A DNA stretch of 64,000 nucleotides from Phoronis australis. Its lineage: Eukaryota > Animalia > Phoronida. This document shows, one piece after another, positions 33,312 through 46,700 of this stretch (the stretch's first letter is position 1; every line of letters starts with the position of its first letter). The position numbers and the translations under genes are program-made. The notes under the pieces were generated by a model that worked only from the letters and a program-made list of their open reading frames with translations, was not told where the DNA came from and did not search any database. Location: NCBI GenBank assembly GCA_002633005.1, contig NMRA01000040.1, forward strand, positions 637,362-701,361. Reading direction: 5' to 3'.

Positions 33312-35563
33312 AAGGGTCTCAACCTATGTAGAGGATCTATGTAGAGGACAAAGGTAATGAGCAGAAAGTGCTTTGCCAGTGCTGTATACTATGTGAGCGT
33401 CAGTGCTGCGCGTGTAACGGTTCGTCCAGGGTCGTTAGAGAAATTTTACTGCTGTCAAAAGTCCCATTGTCAAAGTATATTGCTTGAAACATTGTTGTAC
33501 GATGGAAGCAACGGAATTTGAAATCCAGTTTTGTCTAGTAGACAAATGGATTAAACATGACATCGGCATTTTTATGGCGTCGAAAGATAACCGCAGAACC
33601 AGTAGGATCAGAAGACACCCACCCCCATTTGTCATCATGGCTGTAGTGCCATTCATCGACAAGGGGTATTTCGTCAAGTCGTCGGAAAATGGATGTTGAG
33701 TAAATAAATTATTTTATATCTGGGCTGATGACGTAACCAGTTCTTGGTGAAGTTACGAAAGGTGGATTTAGCCGATAGTCTATGGGAAAAGTTTGTTGTT
33801 GATACATATAGCAATAATTTACATTGTGAAGTCTACTTGTCTTCAGGGTAGTGTTTCAACTTTCATTTGTAGTGCTCAGGCATAGTGCTACGGCTGCGCT
33901 TACCTGTGCGTTCGAGTTACGTGGTCGGGCTAAATCGTTAATTAGCAGACACACGCACCTACAGTGTTGATCAAATCTGATTAATAATTTCGTATCAATC
34001 TTAATGGCGTTCAATTAATCCAGAACTTTAATACGATTACACCAAATGTCAGCGCGCTATGCATTCTGACTTCTCTCCGTGGGACATTAAGAACAACAAT
34101 GCGGCGCGTGTTGCTTCCGACCGATTTTATTCTCGAAATCCGTGACGACGCTGCGTTAAATATTTCAGCCCACGACATTTCGTGGGGCTGTATTGTACCG
34201 CGGCTTTGTCCGGTAATTTAATAGGAAAAATTGGTTATGATTTTGCTGGGATATAGCCTCTGGCGAAAACACGTAGATGGACAAATTACTTAGCAGGTGA
34301 TGCACAATTTTCGTGGGGCGACCGACAATTGATCGTGGACCGAACTCGGCGGAGACGACATCGTTTAGCCAGTCAGTAATCACGTAGTTGGGATGCAAAG
34401 AAAGAACAGTGATTAATTTTTAATTTTGAAATAAATTACTGGGTACTGTGACAGGCCGAAATTTTTAATGATGACGTGTCTTTGAGGGTAAGAAATAGCA
34501 TGGGAAAATATCAGAAAGCGCGTGCGATTTTTTTAAATGGCTCATCAAATATTAGCGTGTTGTATATGTTAAAGAGTTGTTTTGTGCGTTCATGAAACTG
34601 TTCACGGCCTTCAAATGAGGTTTTGTGATACAAGTGTTGAATTGGTAATTTGAAAACTGCTTCGGGCATTCCGGTATCTCTTCGCCTAAACAGTCTTTCG
34701 CTATTGATCTCGTGAGAAAAGTTGTCCTTTCACATCACTCAATGGTTTCGTAAAATCTGAAATGAGACCAGTTAAATTATAAGTCGACAAATGAAGACTT
34801 GATTTTGTAAGCCGTAACTTTGCTTAAGCATTCACGGCAAGAACTCTCGTTTCATACTTTCGAAAAGTAATAATTAGTTCAAACTAATGACGATTATTTT
34901 TCAGTGGTTTTCAGTTTCATATCGTTTTCCAAGAGCCTTAAAATCCTGTACACACGATTTTTGTTTTCTCTCCGCAAATATCACGTGGTATGTTTTAAAG
35001 CAGCGATAAGAATGCATTCCGTCACAAAAACTAACTTTGGGTTGAAATCATTTCCTGCTACGAATTTGATTTCTAATTATGTCTTTTTCAAACTGTATTT
35101 GTTTCGTGAGCTCGGGGGGAACTGGCAGCTCGTTGTTGCTTGAATCAGACTCCACAAGTTGACTTGTCACGGCGGGTTATTTTAGGTGCCCAGCACGGTC
35201 TCGAGTAATAACGAAGTGTCAGTTCTCCTGAACCCAGTTAAAAATAACTTAAGTTGAAATAAAGTTTATACAGCGATGAGTGGTATAGATTAAAAGTAAG
35301 TTTCATTGAAGGAACACCGTTTGCGGCCGCTTTAAACTAATACGTGTACGCTCACCGTTGTCAATTAATGAACGCTAATGATGGTGCAATCGTCAACTTC
35401 TAAAATGCGCGGGAAATAACGTCACAAGAAAACGACAACAGCGTGTCAGTCGAATGCATACATCTCAACGCGGTCGATAGGATCTTGAAGTTGGAATTCC
35501 ACGGACGGAGTTGTTTCATTCAGCGTACACACGGACCTTACTAATCCAGTTGTCACTCACAAT

Positions 35564-35799
35564 CAGTAACGTGCAGAAGTTTGGTGATCCCCGCCGGGAA
35601 CGATTTTTTATTGGATGTCCATCCCTCTACTGAAATGCATGTACCCTAGTGCTAAAAAGTAAAAAAATTAAACATGAAATAAAAAAGTTTATTCAATTTA
35701 ACAACAAATCAGTCACAATTTCAAAAAAAATAATCATAACGATTGGATGCCCCCGATGTGGATGCCCGGGGTCACCCCCCCCCCTTCTGTATGCCTCTG
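35564..35799. mobile_element. hAT-like MITE
   Basis: Imperfect 16-bp TIRs cagtaacgtgcagaag / cttctgtatgcctctg, 8-bp TSD-like flanks ctcacaat/ctcacgaa, subterminal tggatgcc repeats and a poly-C run. Confidence 0.7.
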
Positions 35800-38065
35800 C
35801 TCACGAAGCTAGTATGATCACGGGCTTCGCTTGAAGTACATGGCGATATCTCGCGAAGTCTTAGGTGTTCTTGCGTTTGCGCGAGATTCTCTCCTCTACG
35901 AAACGCACACCTGATTCGTGTTTGAGTCGGTTTATAACGCACAATTCTGTTGTGTTCTGTTTTAAGCGACAAGCTTCGTAAAATATGACGTAAGTAAAAG
36001 CGTTTTGAAGAACCTAAACGAGTATTGCTTAGTATTCCTTGCAGTCTCTTTCATTAGCGCAGTCTATTTCCCAGGACTAGGAAATTATGACAAATAATAC
36101 CAGGAAGACATAACCAATGGTAATGTCTTCTTGATAATACTAACTCGTGTAGCTATTATGGTGAGACGCGTGTATTTTCACGGCGGGTCTTATTTGATTC
36201 GCTTTATTTCAGAATTTAAATTACTTCTATAACGATAACAAATACACATTCCTACTGCATTTTAGTTGAAAACTTCATAATACGAAATTTATCGCCAAAC
36301 TTATTCCTACATCACCTTTCTTCGAAAGAAGTATAATTTGATAAAGATTTTCATTTTAATTTATTTTTTTAATTTCTTGGGGTTCACCAACACTATGGCT
36401 GGAGCATTTAAATAGCACGCAATGAACTTTTATTAAACTTAATTTTCCTATTTTATTATTATTATGTCTTGATTGATGGAATTTACTAATGTTGTCTTGA
36501 CTTTTCGCATGTAAGAAAACGAACGTCTAAAAGGCTTGGAGAACAAAGTAATTGGATTCTTCTCGATTTGAAAGTATTTAAACTTACTCTAGACTCGGGG
36601 TAAACATTTTGTTAGAGGGGTGAAAAGCCAATTGGACCTTTCTATAGATGCAATACGAAAACAAAGGTGTGTACTTTGCATGAATTCATAACAATGTCTT
36701 TACCGTGACATACGAATATCGCCTTTTTCCAGATTTATATACTTTCCACGATAAATGACCTTTCACCTCTGTATCACTACATTCTGTTGATTTCCTCGGG
36801 AAATTTAGATTTGGAGTCATACATCTACTGGCAATATTTTTGAAAGAGACTGTTTTTATATTTCATGAACTGGTGTAGTAAAAAGTTGTTTATTGGAATT
36901 TGAGTAGCGTGCATTGTTTGAAGCCTTTGACTACAACAAAAATTATCGTCTGCGTCAAGAGCGTTAGAATGCTTCCTTATGATCTGAAAATACTTAAAGT
37001 ATAAGTGTTGTCGTCGGTTGAATTTTTAAACTCAGGAAAACTCTTTTGAGCCAAATTTTGGTCCTCCCAAACTCAATGCTGACTGAGACCAAATTCAGTG
37101 TGTCGTTTGTACCGTCGTGCGTGATTGACCTACCATTTACTTACATGTGTGTTCTGGCCACTGTTCGGTTTGATTCCCCGAAACGGACAGTATAGATGGC
37201 AAACAGGGTGGACACAAAGACGTTTTCGATAAAGACTATAATTTGCAGCTGATCACAGAGATTTAATATGAAATGTTATGTCGGGCATTGCGTAAGTGGG
37301 ACGCGTTTCTCATGTGTAGAGTTCTGGAGAGGAAAATGCAACGGGTTTTTTCAGTAGTTTGCCTCATCGGCAGATTTCAGGGGAGAGCCTACTGCGGACA
37401 CGTCACACGACCAAAAAGGCGCCGGTATGCTGTTTTGGGGGCTTAAGTGGGCATTTTCCTTCGAAAATCGTGGTTCCCTATTACGACATCATAAATTCGA
37501 CAGTGAGGCTATTCTGGAAGAAAGTCGACATCCGGGTCTGTTGGTGTTGTCAAGTGGTAGTCGTGACTATGAGTCGTAGGATGTAGTTCCAGATCTTTTG
37601 ATAGAAGTCTGATTTCCAAGGCGTACATGTATATTCGGAAAATGGCACAATTACCTATCTAATATCCAAAATATGAGCTTAGGTGTACTTTCGGAAATTT
37701 ACAGGGGTCCAAAAATGGAATTACGTAACCAAGCCGAAAACGTGCTGTGATAACTACATGCCTGTCTTGTTACTCGTAAAGTCTTAGTTTGACATTCACC
37801 GACACCGTTTGGCGAATTCTCCGAATTCAGGGTACTGTGCCTAAAAAATAGTTTGGCTCGTTTGCGGAAATTCCAGAAACAACCTCGAGCTATGGTTCTG
37901 TTTACATATTGTTGTAAAGTTCCTCTAAGGCTCAGAGTAACCTATACATGCGTCGTTATTCATAGGTCCAGCAATCTTGGCCTTCAGCAGGTATTGGTCA
38001 TCTGTGTCCATAGTGTTATACGGGAATGACCAAACACGCTAACGTTATCGAAAGCTATATGCAAC

Positions 38066-38215
38066 TAGGGGCGGATTTTGAGTTGGGGGGGGCAGGGCTG
38101 AGTATTAGCCAGGATTTTGCCCGTCAGACGCTCGCACCACCGAACTGCCAAATGGATTCTGGGAGAATTTTACGGGGGGACATGGCCCCCTTGCTCCCCC
38201 CTAAATCCGCTACTG
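38066..38215. mobile_element. hAT-like MITE (CAGTGGCGGATTT-type ends)
   Basis: taggggcggattt...aaatccgctactg termini with G/C-run subterminal motifs; flanks gcaac/gcaat. Confidence 0.7.
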
Positions 38216-38471
38216 GCAATATCTAGGCTATGGCGAAAAATTAAAATGCTGTGTAAGATTTCCGGGTCAAAATACACATAGTTTCTTCTTCTTCTTCTCG
38301 TTCGTCAAATGGTAAAATCTGTTCTTCTGATATTGACCGCGCCATCATGATGTCGTAGTTTGATTCTTTGTTAACAATAACCCCTCCCCCCCTCTGCCGG
38401 CGTCAAGAAACTGAATCTGGACCACTTACAGCTATGAATCTGCCTTTGATACTAACATCTTCCTTACTGGG

Positions 38472-38633
38472 ACTAAGACGATTCCGATGCTTTGGAAGCA
38501 CCGACAGTTGGACGAACGGTCAGTTCGTTATTGCTTGAGATAGGCTTATAACTTGGTTTGTCGCGTCGTGTCATCTCAAGCAGTACCGAACTGTCAGCTC
38601 TTCTACAACACGGTAATCACGTTTCGTCTGAGT
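38472..38633. repeat. Foldback element with a 21-bp inner hairpin
   Basis: Inner arms 38521-38541 and 38573-38593 pair with 1 mismatch and 1 G-U. Outer ends are actaagacga / tcgtctgagt. Confidence 0.7.
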
Positions 38634-40517
38634 ACGAACAATCTGAGACCAATTTTATAACGAGTGGTCTAAATCAAAAGTTATTTTTTACGATCAAAGG
38701 CGGATTTACTACCGTTTTAGAGACATAAAACAAAAACAAAAACAACAACAACAAACCAGTTTAACTATTTATTTATGTTTGCTAATACTACTTCAGGATT
38801 GGGAATATTATGGGGCGCTGCTTAAGCACTAAAATTGTAGTTGGCAGCTTTAACAGAAATTTTTAACTGAACCATTCACATCATTTTTAGCATTTTTTGC
38901 TTTCTGTTTTACTCTTTCCTTGTTTCATTTCCCGATTCATACATAAACAGTTTAGGTTGTATTTTATTGAAATTATGTTGAACAACACTTTTTATCTGAC
39001 TGGGTTATGCAGGACTCTTGGACAATGTTCAAGTTTAGCGAAATTCAGAACAGCGTATCTCAGAAGGGGAATCGGATTTATATGAAACTTTCAGACAATG
39101 CGTTTTATGTACTGCCCTCCAAACTATTATTAGGAATTGGTTTTAAAATGTCCTCTGTTTGCATGAGGTGCAATCAAAATATTGAACTTTCAAAACTCAA
39201 AACTTACTTAAAACGAAAACGAAATGATGATTTAGTAGAATGTTTTTGGGATTTCATCTTGAATTTTTATATTAAATAAAATTTGGCCTTGTTATTGATG
39301 CCGTAGTACATTCCTTTTTACTTAATTTTATTATAAAGACATGATCACTCGTTCCTCAACAAATGTCAGACTGGTATTAAGCTAAGCTAAAAACCAATTT
39401 TTAAGGCTTTCGTCTTTCAGAAAATATATACTTTTGCTGAGTTAAAATCTATAGTATCGCATGTATTTGATAGGGTCCTTCACAACCTGTCTCATCTTGG
39501 ATGTGTCAAAAAAGCAAAAACGCTTTAAAATTTTCATCTTTTTCTCACTGTTCGATTTATCATTGAAGTTTTTATCCGTCTTTGACAAATCTATACATGT
39601 ACGTCGCCCTACAAAAATCTTGTCTAACTTCGGAGCATCCTGTCTCAGTGAATGGTACGATACAAATTAATATTTCAACCATTTAAGTCACAATATGGCT
39701 GCCATGTGAATTTTTCCATGAAGAACAAGCAGCACCAGTCAAATATTTCAACGTTTTCAATTTTTACATTATAATTACAATCGGACAATGTTTTGAGAAA
39801 CTGAGACCATTCACGACAACTTTAGTAGATTTTGAAAAATTATAACAGATCTATTTTAACAAGTATTTTCTCGAAATTGGTTAGATTTTACCGTATTATT
39901 ATCTGTGCACCCTGTGACGGGAGAATTATCAATTTACTAAATTATTCATTTTATTTTATTTTTCATTTGTGGTACCATCTCTGTACTTTAAATCATCTTT
40001 AATAAATTTTGCAATATCTAACGATCTATTTTTGATTTAACTCCTGTCCTTTGCTAAGGAATTTGAAGAAAAATGAAGACAAAAAATTCTAAATAAATTT
40101 ACCCGTCATTATTTATGGTTTAGCTTCCACAAAATGAATCCTGACCAGTGTTAATTCATTTTACACGTAATTGCGTAACCGCCTGTAAGTATCCACCTTT
40201 CTGACATTACAAACTGGACATATTAGAGATGCCAGTGACACTATGTTTTGCCCCGAGCGCCCGCTTGCCAATAATTAACTGAAATTAGAAGAATATATAT
40301 TAGTTAAATTTCTATTCATTCACTAGTGCTAATTTGCCTTCGACGCCATTCTCAGGTACACAGTATTGTGACCTTTCACAGATGTTCTTACGAAATCGCC
40401 CGACCTGCCGCGATGTTCTTGTTTTGGGCATACGTACTCAACTGATTTACTTTATAATTCACTGAGTAAAACATTCTAAACGATATGTCCGAATAATTCC
40501 TGCTGCCCCTTCCGTAG

Positions 40518-40794
40518 ACAAAATTTGTTAAACACACAACAGTGATCACAATTTATAACTTTACACGATATTCGCTCGAGCTCTCTGTTCGCAGCGCAAC
40601 AATAATCAAGCAGACGGATGAGGCATGAACAGTCGCGATATAAAGCTATGATTTTAACCATTAATTTTGTTACGTTTCTTGACTGTCTGCTTTATTGTTG
40701 CACTACGAACGACCTTCAAAGATACAACAAGCTCGATCGAACAACATTGGAAGTTATTAATCGTGAACATTGTTGCATATTCAACAACTTTTGT
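40518..40794. repeat. Degenerate inverted repeat (probable MITE)
   Basis: Arms ~40518-40615 and ~40685-40794, about three-quarters identical in inverted orientation and rich in AACA/TGTT motifs. Confidence 0.7.
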
Positions 40795-43700
40795 GAACAT
40801 GTCAGAACATGGCTATCTGTGTATACATCCCTCTCAGTGCTTTGTCATAAATATGCAAACTATGTAGGCCAATCGTCCATAATAAAATGGTCGTAAGAAA
40901 ACATGGCCAGGCAAAAGACGTCACGGTGATTTGAGCATTTGGCCAACCAAATCTCGCTATTTTTGTGCCGAAACTGGGTTAGCTGGTAGAAGAATTTAAT
41001 TTGCTTAGTGTTTTGGATCCCCGGAACGCATCCTTAGGTTGCGTTATGTAGATTTTATGGCACTTGCTGCGAGGAATACTTCGCATGTGTAGGCTATAGA
41101 CCGTAGATCCAAACTTTTCATCTTGCGTCCATGTCATGGAGATATCTTTATTTTTTCCTGTGTGGCCAGTTATATCTTCAAATATTTAACATTTGAAAAG
41201 TCCCTGAAGTTTACAATGCGCGTTTTTTTAAAGAGTTGTATGGTCTCCTACTTTATCAAGTGGTGGCGTTGTATGTTGCTCAGAAATTGATAAGATTCAC
41301 AAAGTCATTTTCATTAACGTGCTGAATTAATAAAAAATTAAACTTGTGCTAGGCAAATCTTCGGCTTTCTCGTTCTTCTTAATATATATTACAAACAATG
41401 GAAGCATCAGCGAATATTTAAAATTTAAACTTAAGTTTGTTACCAGCAGTTGTTTTCACAGCTGATCTTTTGTGATTTAATTTACCAGACTGTCTGCTGT
41501 TTTCAGCCAATTGTTGTTTAGTAATTTGACTTGATGAAAGGCCACACAGTTTTTTTAATTCTGCGCACTTTTGATTTTTTATAGTAATAAACTATGTACC
41601 CAAAATGTCATAAATACCATCAATCACATTTTAAACCATTCCAGTCTCAGTTACATTTTTTTGTCAACTTAGACTGTATGTTCCATTTAAGAACACACCC
41701 AGAAAGGTAGATTTAATCCGTGTTGACCTTTTCACTAATGTTCTAAAGCTTGCGTGAATTTCGTTAATTGTAGTTACCCCTCAACCAGTCAACAACTTCT
41801 GCCATAAAATACAAAACGGACAAACTTGCAAAAGAAATTCATTAACATAGCAAAATTCATTTTAACTTCAGTTTCGATAACAAAGGTTTTTTTTTCTGTT
41901 TTATTCAAAAAACTTTTCTGTTACCCTTTTTTGAGTACATATCGATATTTTCCAATATCCATATTCTCTTTACCCACAATTCCCCCCAATTGATGTCGCC
42001 TTGTTCCAATGTTCCCAGGTAGTAAGCCATCCTTGTTTACCAAGACCAATGTTCCTATGTATGTTCTCCGTCCCGACTTTCTACATGATCAAAATCCCTG
42101 GTCCTCGTCCTCGATGTTCGATCTTCCCAATGCCTCCCGCAGGGTTCGGTGTTAACTGATTGCTTTATAATTTGGGTGTCATGCCATGAATTTTCTTTAT
42201 ATAGGAAGATCAAAAGTTTTTTCGTTAGTCGTCTATTAAATTCTCTAGCAAAATGTTTACGTTCGTCAATAAACATACTTTGTTCGCGTTTTTTTAAATA
42301 GGAGCATCCATTCCTGAGAAGCAATTGAGGTATGGAGAATGTTCAGCTACGGCACTTATTCGAGATTTGGAAATACTTCACAGTGGAGACCACTCTCATG
42401 AAGACTAGTTATGAATCCCTCTCCTTATTTAAAAGCTAAATGTGTCAAGTGTGAAACAAGATGAAATTTTTCCAATCTGTGAATTGTAATCCTAGCGCAT
42501 CTACTGGGGGCATAGCGGGGTCATGTCCCCTGTTCATCAGTTCGTTGTTAAAAAGCTCTCTCCCCGTCAAAAATAATTTCTGATCAATTACAGAAATTGA
42601 ATCAACAGGAACAGGAAATATTAGGATTGAGGAACACCTGCCTCGGAGGACACCGAGTCAAGAGAACTTGACGAAGGAATATCGAGACGGGGGTCATTAG
42701 GACGGGAGAACATGGTATGAGAAACAGTTGGGAGGGCAAAGAGGTTGGAGATTTAGGGATGAACTCATTGTTCATTTAGTGTTGTCACTGCAGTCAGTTT
42801 CAACATTGCAATGAATCCAAGGATGGTTTGTGACATCAAAGACGTCAAAAAGTACTTGCTACTCCCGAAGCGGTCAGAAGTGGTTTGTAAAGCACCTATG
42901 GCTTATTATTCACGACGGCCGGAACGAGTGCGTTCCGAAAACCAGTTTCATATGAGAAAAGCGAAATAGCACGAGCCCAAACGAAATCACGCGCGTGGAA
43001 GGCGACGAGATTTTATAGAGTATGCTCGAGAACTTGCTATAATAATCTATCAAATGGCGGTCACTGCGGTGATTGGTTAGTGAGCTTGAAATTTTTTATG
43101 ATGTGGTAGAATTGATGAATAATGGCATGCATTTCCGTTCGATAAGCGAGGATTTCTTGCCGCAAGTACATAGCAGATATATTGGGTCTAAGGAACGCAG
43201 CCCAGATCATCTCTGCAAATTTTGTTTACATGTTTTTTCATATCATAATTCTAAATAAACGTTTTGCATCTCTCCCTTTCCGCCTCTACGCCCACCCCCT
43301 ATATCTCTCACCGACATCTTACGCCCTCGTGTGACGACATGTGTTACCACACCTCACAAAAGTGACTACGCATGCGTCACTGTCTGTTTTCGTCAGAGTG
43401 CATCTGCACAAAAACAACGTTTTTCTTTGAACTTGAGCAAACAATTCTGTCTCGAGTCTCTGGCAAATGCCACCCAGTCTCCTCGCCATAGCAACTGATT
43501 AGAATTAGCTGAGTTTGACCTAGCTCAGTAAGAGGTCGAGATGAGATGAAATGAAACGTACATTTTCCCAATGCCGCGTCGTATGAATGTTTTCCACAAG
43601 ATCTTTTGTTACAAAAACGAGAAAGAAACGCAAAGTATGCGAAGATAATAGCTTTTTCATTTTTGCGATCTTTCTTGTGTTTCCATTACGTTACAAATGC

Positions 43701-46700
43701 ATTTTGTCCTGTTTAGCAGGCTGAAAATCGAATTAGGTCTTTTACTCTCATAAAATCGGTTTCATCATTCCCTGCCGTGATAGGATTCTATTCCCGAGTC
43801 ACAGGCAATGGGTGACATGTGCCATATTAAAAACCAAAACAAAGGGTTCCACCCCAATACATGAACCGCGACAATGGTGTTCAACGATGTTGCTGCATGA
43901 AGTATTCCCAATGAGTTAAGTCAAGTAGACTACTCGTATGTATTTTAGAAATAGCGGTGAAAATCAATTAAACGGCATAAGGTATGCATACCCAACAAAG
44001 TAACACGATTTTTTACGCTTTGAGCTAATGAAGAAATGTGACTAATCCTTAATTCTAACGTTCAGTAAGACTGGCCTCTGCTTGAAAGACGTACTGAATT
44101 AGCCGGTGTGAGAAATCATTGGCGTTTTGTGAACCCTTTGAGCGACATGGTAAACTTTTCCTTCAGTAAATTAAATGAATTTTCAATGAAATGAAAAAAT
44201 GGTAAAAATACTATTATGGCACGTGTGCACCAGCACGGTAAACGAGCGCCCGTGGCGGATTCTAATGTGAACTGGAAAACAGTATGTCGTATGTCAGCAG
44301 GGGGCTTTCGTTCTTCGTTGGGGGTCCAGGTGGTTGAAGTTGTAAAGGACGGGTGCGCCCTCACATGGGGGCCCACTTTACAGCTTTGTTTTCTGAAATA
44401 TTTCAAACGAACTGACACTTATATTAAAATTTCAAACTGAGGTGTGAATTGTATTAAAATTAAAATCGGTTAAAGCCACACGGTGCCTTAGATTAATCCT
44501 AAAAAATTTCGACGGCAATTTTCATGCTCTTAGTGTTTTCTACACATTTCCGAAGTGACTGTCCAAGAAAAGTCAATTAAAACCCAAAATGGACTACGTT
44601 TCCGACTTGAGTATCGTGTTTCTTCGTCCTCCAGTCGAAAAACATCAAAATCGTCTTCACATTAAAAGGCGGAAATGAAAAATATTAATTCAGTGTTTCT
44701 TGAATGATAAGTCTAAGAATATGCTTTCTCACACTGTTTACGTCATTTCAAGTCGACTCGTATAGCTAATATTGAATTTCATTTAATTAAAAGTGGTGAT
44801 GTCATCGATAGCATTTGAGGCACTCTTTTTAAACAAGACCTTTTGTTATTATCCTGTTTATCAGTAATTCCTTTGCCAGAATTAAGTTTAATCACGAGCT
44901 GAAATGTTATTAAACTTCTTACAAGAACAAAACAAACCCAATTCTGCAGATTTTTATCAGTGTTCATCGCTCATAAGAGATTTGTTTTGGAATTCAATGT
45001 GATTTTGTTTGGCGGGACAATTGGATGCAGTTGTCATGTCACGTGAACAGATCGGTGCACAAGTTGCTGCGTCATTGGCGCGACAAAGCAAAATGGAGCA
45101 TAACCTGATTTATGTGCAATTAGAAATATATACCATTTTACTCGTTACATGAAAAAGTATGTTTAAGTACTAAAAGGCCTGGCGGGTGTTCACTGAACCT
45201 ACCATTACCCAACAAATGTGTTCATTAAACCAGGAAACTTTTACACAAATACGGCTGTTATCAAAGTCTTCCAGCTCTGGAACGTCTTTATTATAAACCA
45301 CGATTAACACCTTTCGGCTATCGAGAAGATCATTAGTTCTGCTAAATAGATCACTTCTCGTCACGTTACGTAATATCATTTAATCAGTCAAAACGACCAG
45401 ACCTGATTAATGAGTGAGGGTTGTTAATATCCGACACACAGTTAGCTTCTCGCGTGGTGGTATCTCAGAACTTCTATCGCTTTTACAGTAATTAACTGGT
45501 TCATCAAAGAGAAGGCAGATTTAATGGCCTCTTTCTTCAGGTTTTAAGAAACATTTCCGATTAATCTGACATCAAGTAATAACGCGTTTTCAATTATTTG
45601 TAAATGTAGCTATGATAGTATAATTTTGCCGCTAATTGGTCAGGCGAAGAAAGGTAAATTACTGTAGATCTTCTTTTAGTAGCATATTTCGGAGAGTTTC
45701 ATTTTAGATGAACAGTCCAAGCTTTTATAACTAACGATTTCTTCAGACTCTGTCAAAGATTTTTTTGTAAACTATTTAGGTTTAGGCAAACACTTTCTCG
45801 AGAACACGCCAGTATGATTAAAAGTCTAGAATGTTCCGCATGCGATGTAACATGATTTTGAATCCAATTTTAGTCTAGTGCGTGTGTTGTATGCGTATGG
45901 GTGCTTTAGCGTGTTTGGGTGCTCCCATTACATATTTGTATTTATATTAACAATTTAACGTTATTTTAGGTTTGAATTTAGGACAAAGGGCACAACGCTG
46001 GTTTTTATTTGAAATGTATGATCCCTGGAAACCAACGACGATAAACAGTTATCAGTTGAAAAAAAATATATTTTTATTTTACATCAGGATCTGAATGCGC
46101 AAAATATCCTTGGCCTTGTGATTGGCGAGCGTGGAACTTTGTAAGAAGTCGATTGCCAATTAAAAATCCATTAGTGGACGTCATTGTGTAATTGGTTAAC
46201 CGTAACGAACAAACTCATTCATCGATAGCTGCTCGGTAATAGCACTACTTTTTGTCGCTAAGATACGTAAGATATTTTATACCACGAGGAAATGCGTCCG
46301 TTTCCTGTGTATGAATGATTGGTAAAAGAGAATTAACTTTTTAAGATTTTAAAATATCGTTTTAAAAAGCGAAAAAAGTCACTCAAAGACGAGTGAAACA
46401 TTTCGGAAAGTGATTAAAAACAATTTTTATGCAGACTCGCTTTTGTTTAAAACGATATTAGAGTGCGGTTTTGAACTTCATTGTTTTATTGATTTGCGCG
46501 TCAACCAACTTCCGGTTATGATGACCAAGAGCGACTCCCCATGTTAACGGAGTTTCTGGGAGTAATTCTGGTTCTCCGCTCCACAGTCCAACGCGCGCAC
46601 GTGGCGATGCCCGGCGATAACACTTAACACCGAGACAGAGTCTTGCTGGGTGCCCAGGCAAGCTAAAGGGTTCGCCACAACTTTCCCTGTGAGAAACATA

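Noticed and set aside
33694-33775. Selenoprotein reading (Cys-UGA plus SECIS)
   Set aside because: The hairpin lacks SECIS helix II length and apical AAR, the quartet is out of register, and it is too close to the UGA.
38528-38541. miR-137-like sequence TTATTGCTTGAGA
   Set aside because: Similarity stops after ~13 nt, and it lies on the 5' arm whereas miR-137 is a 3'-arm product.
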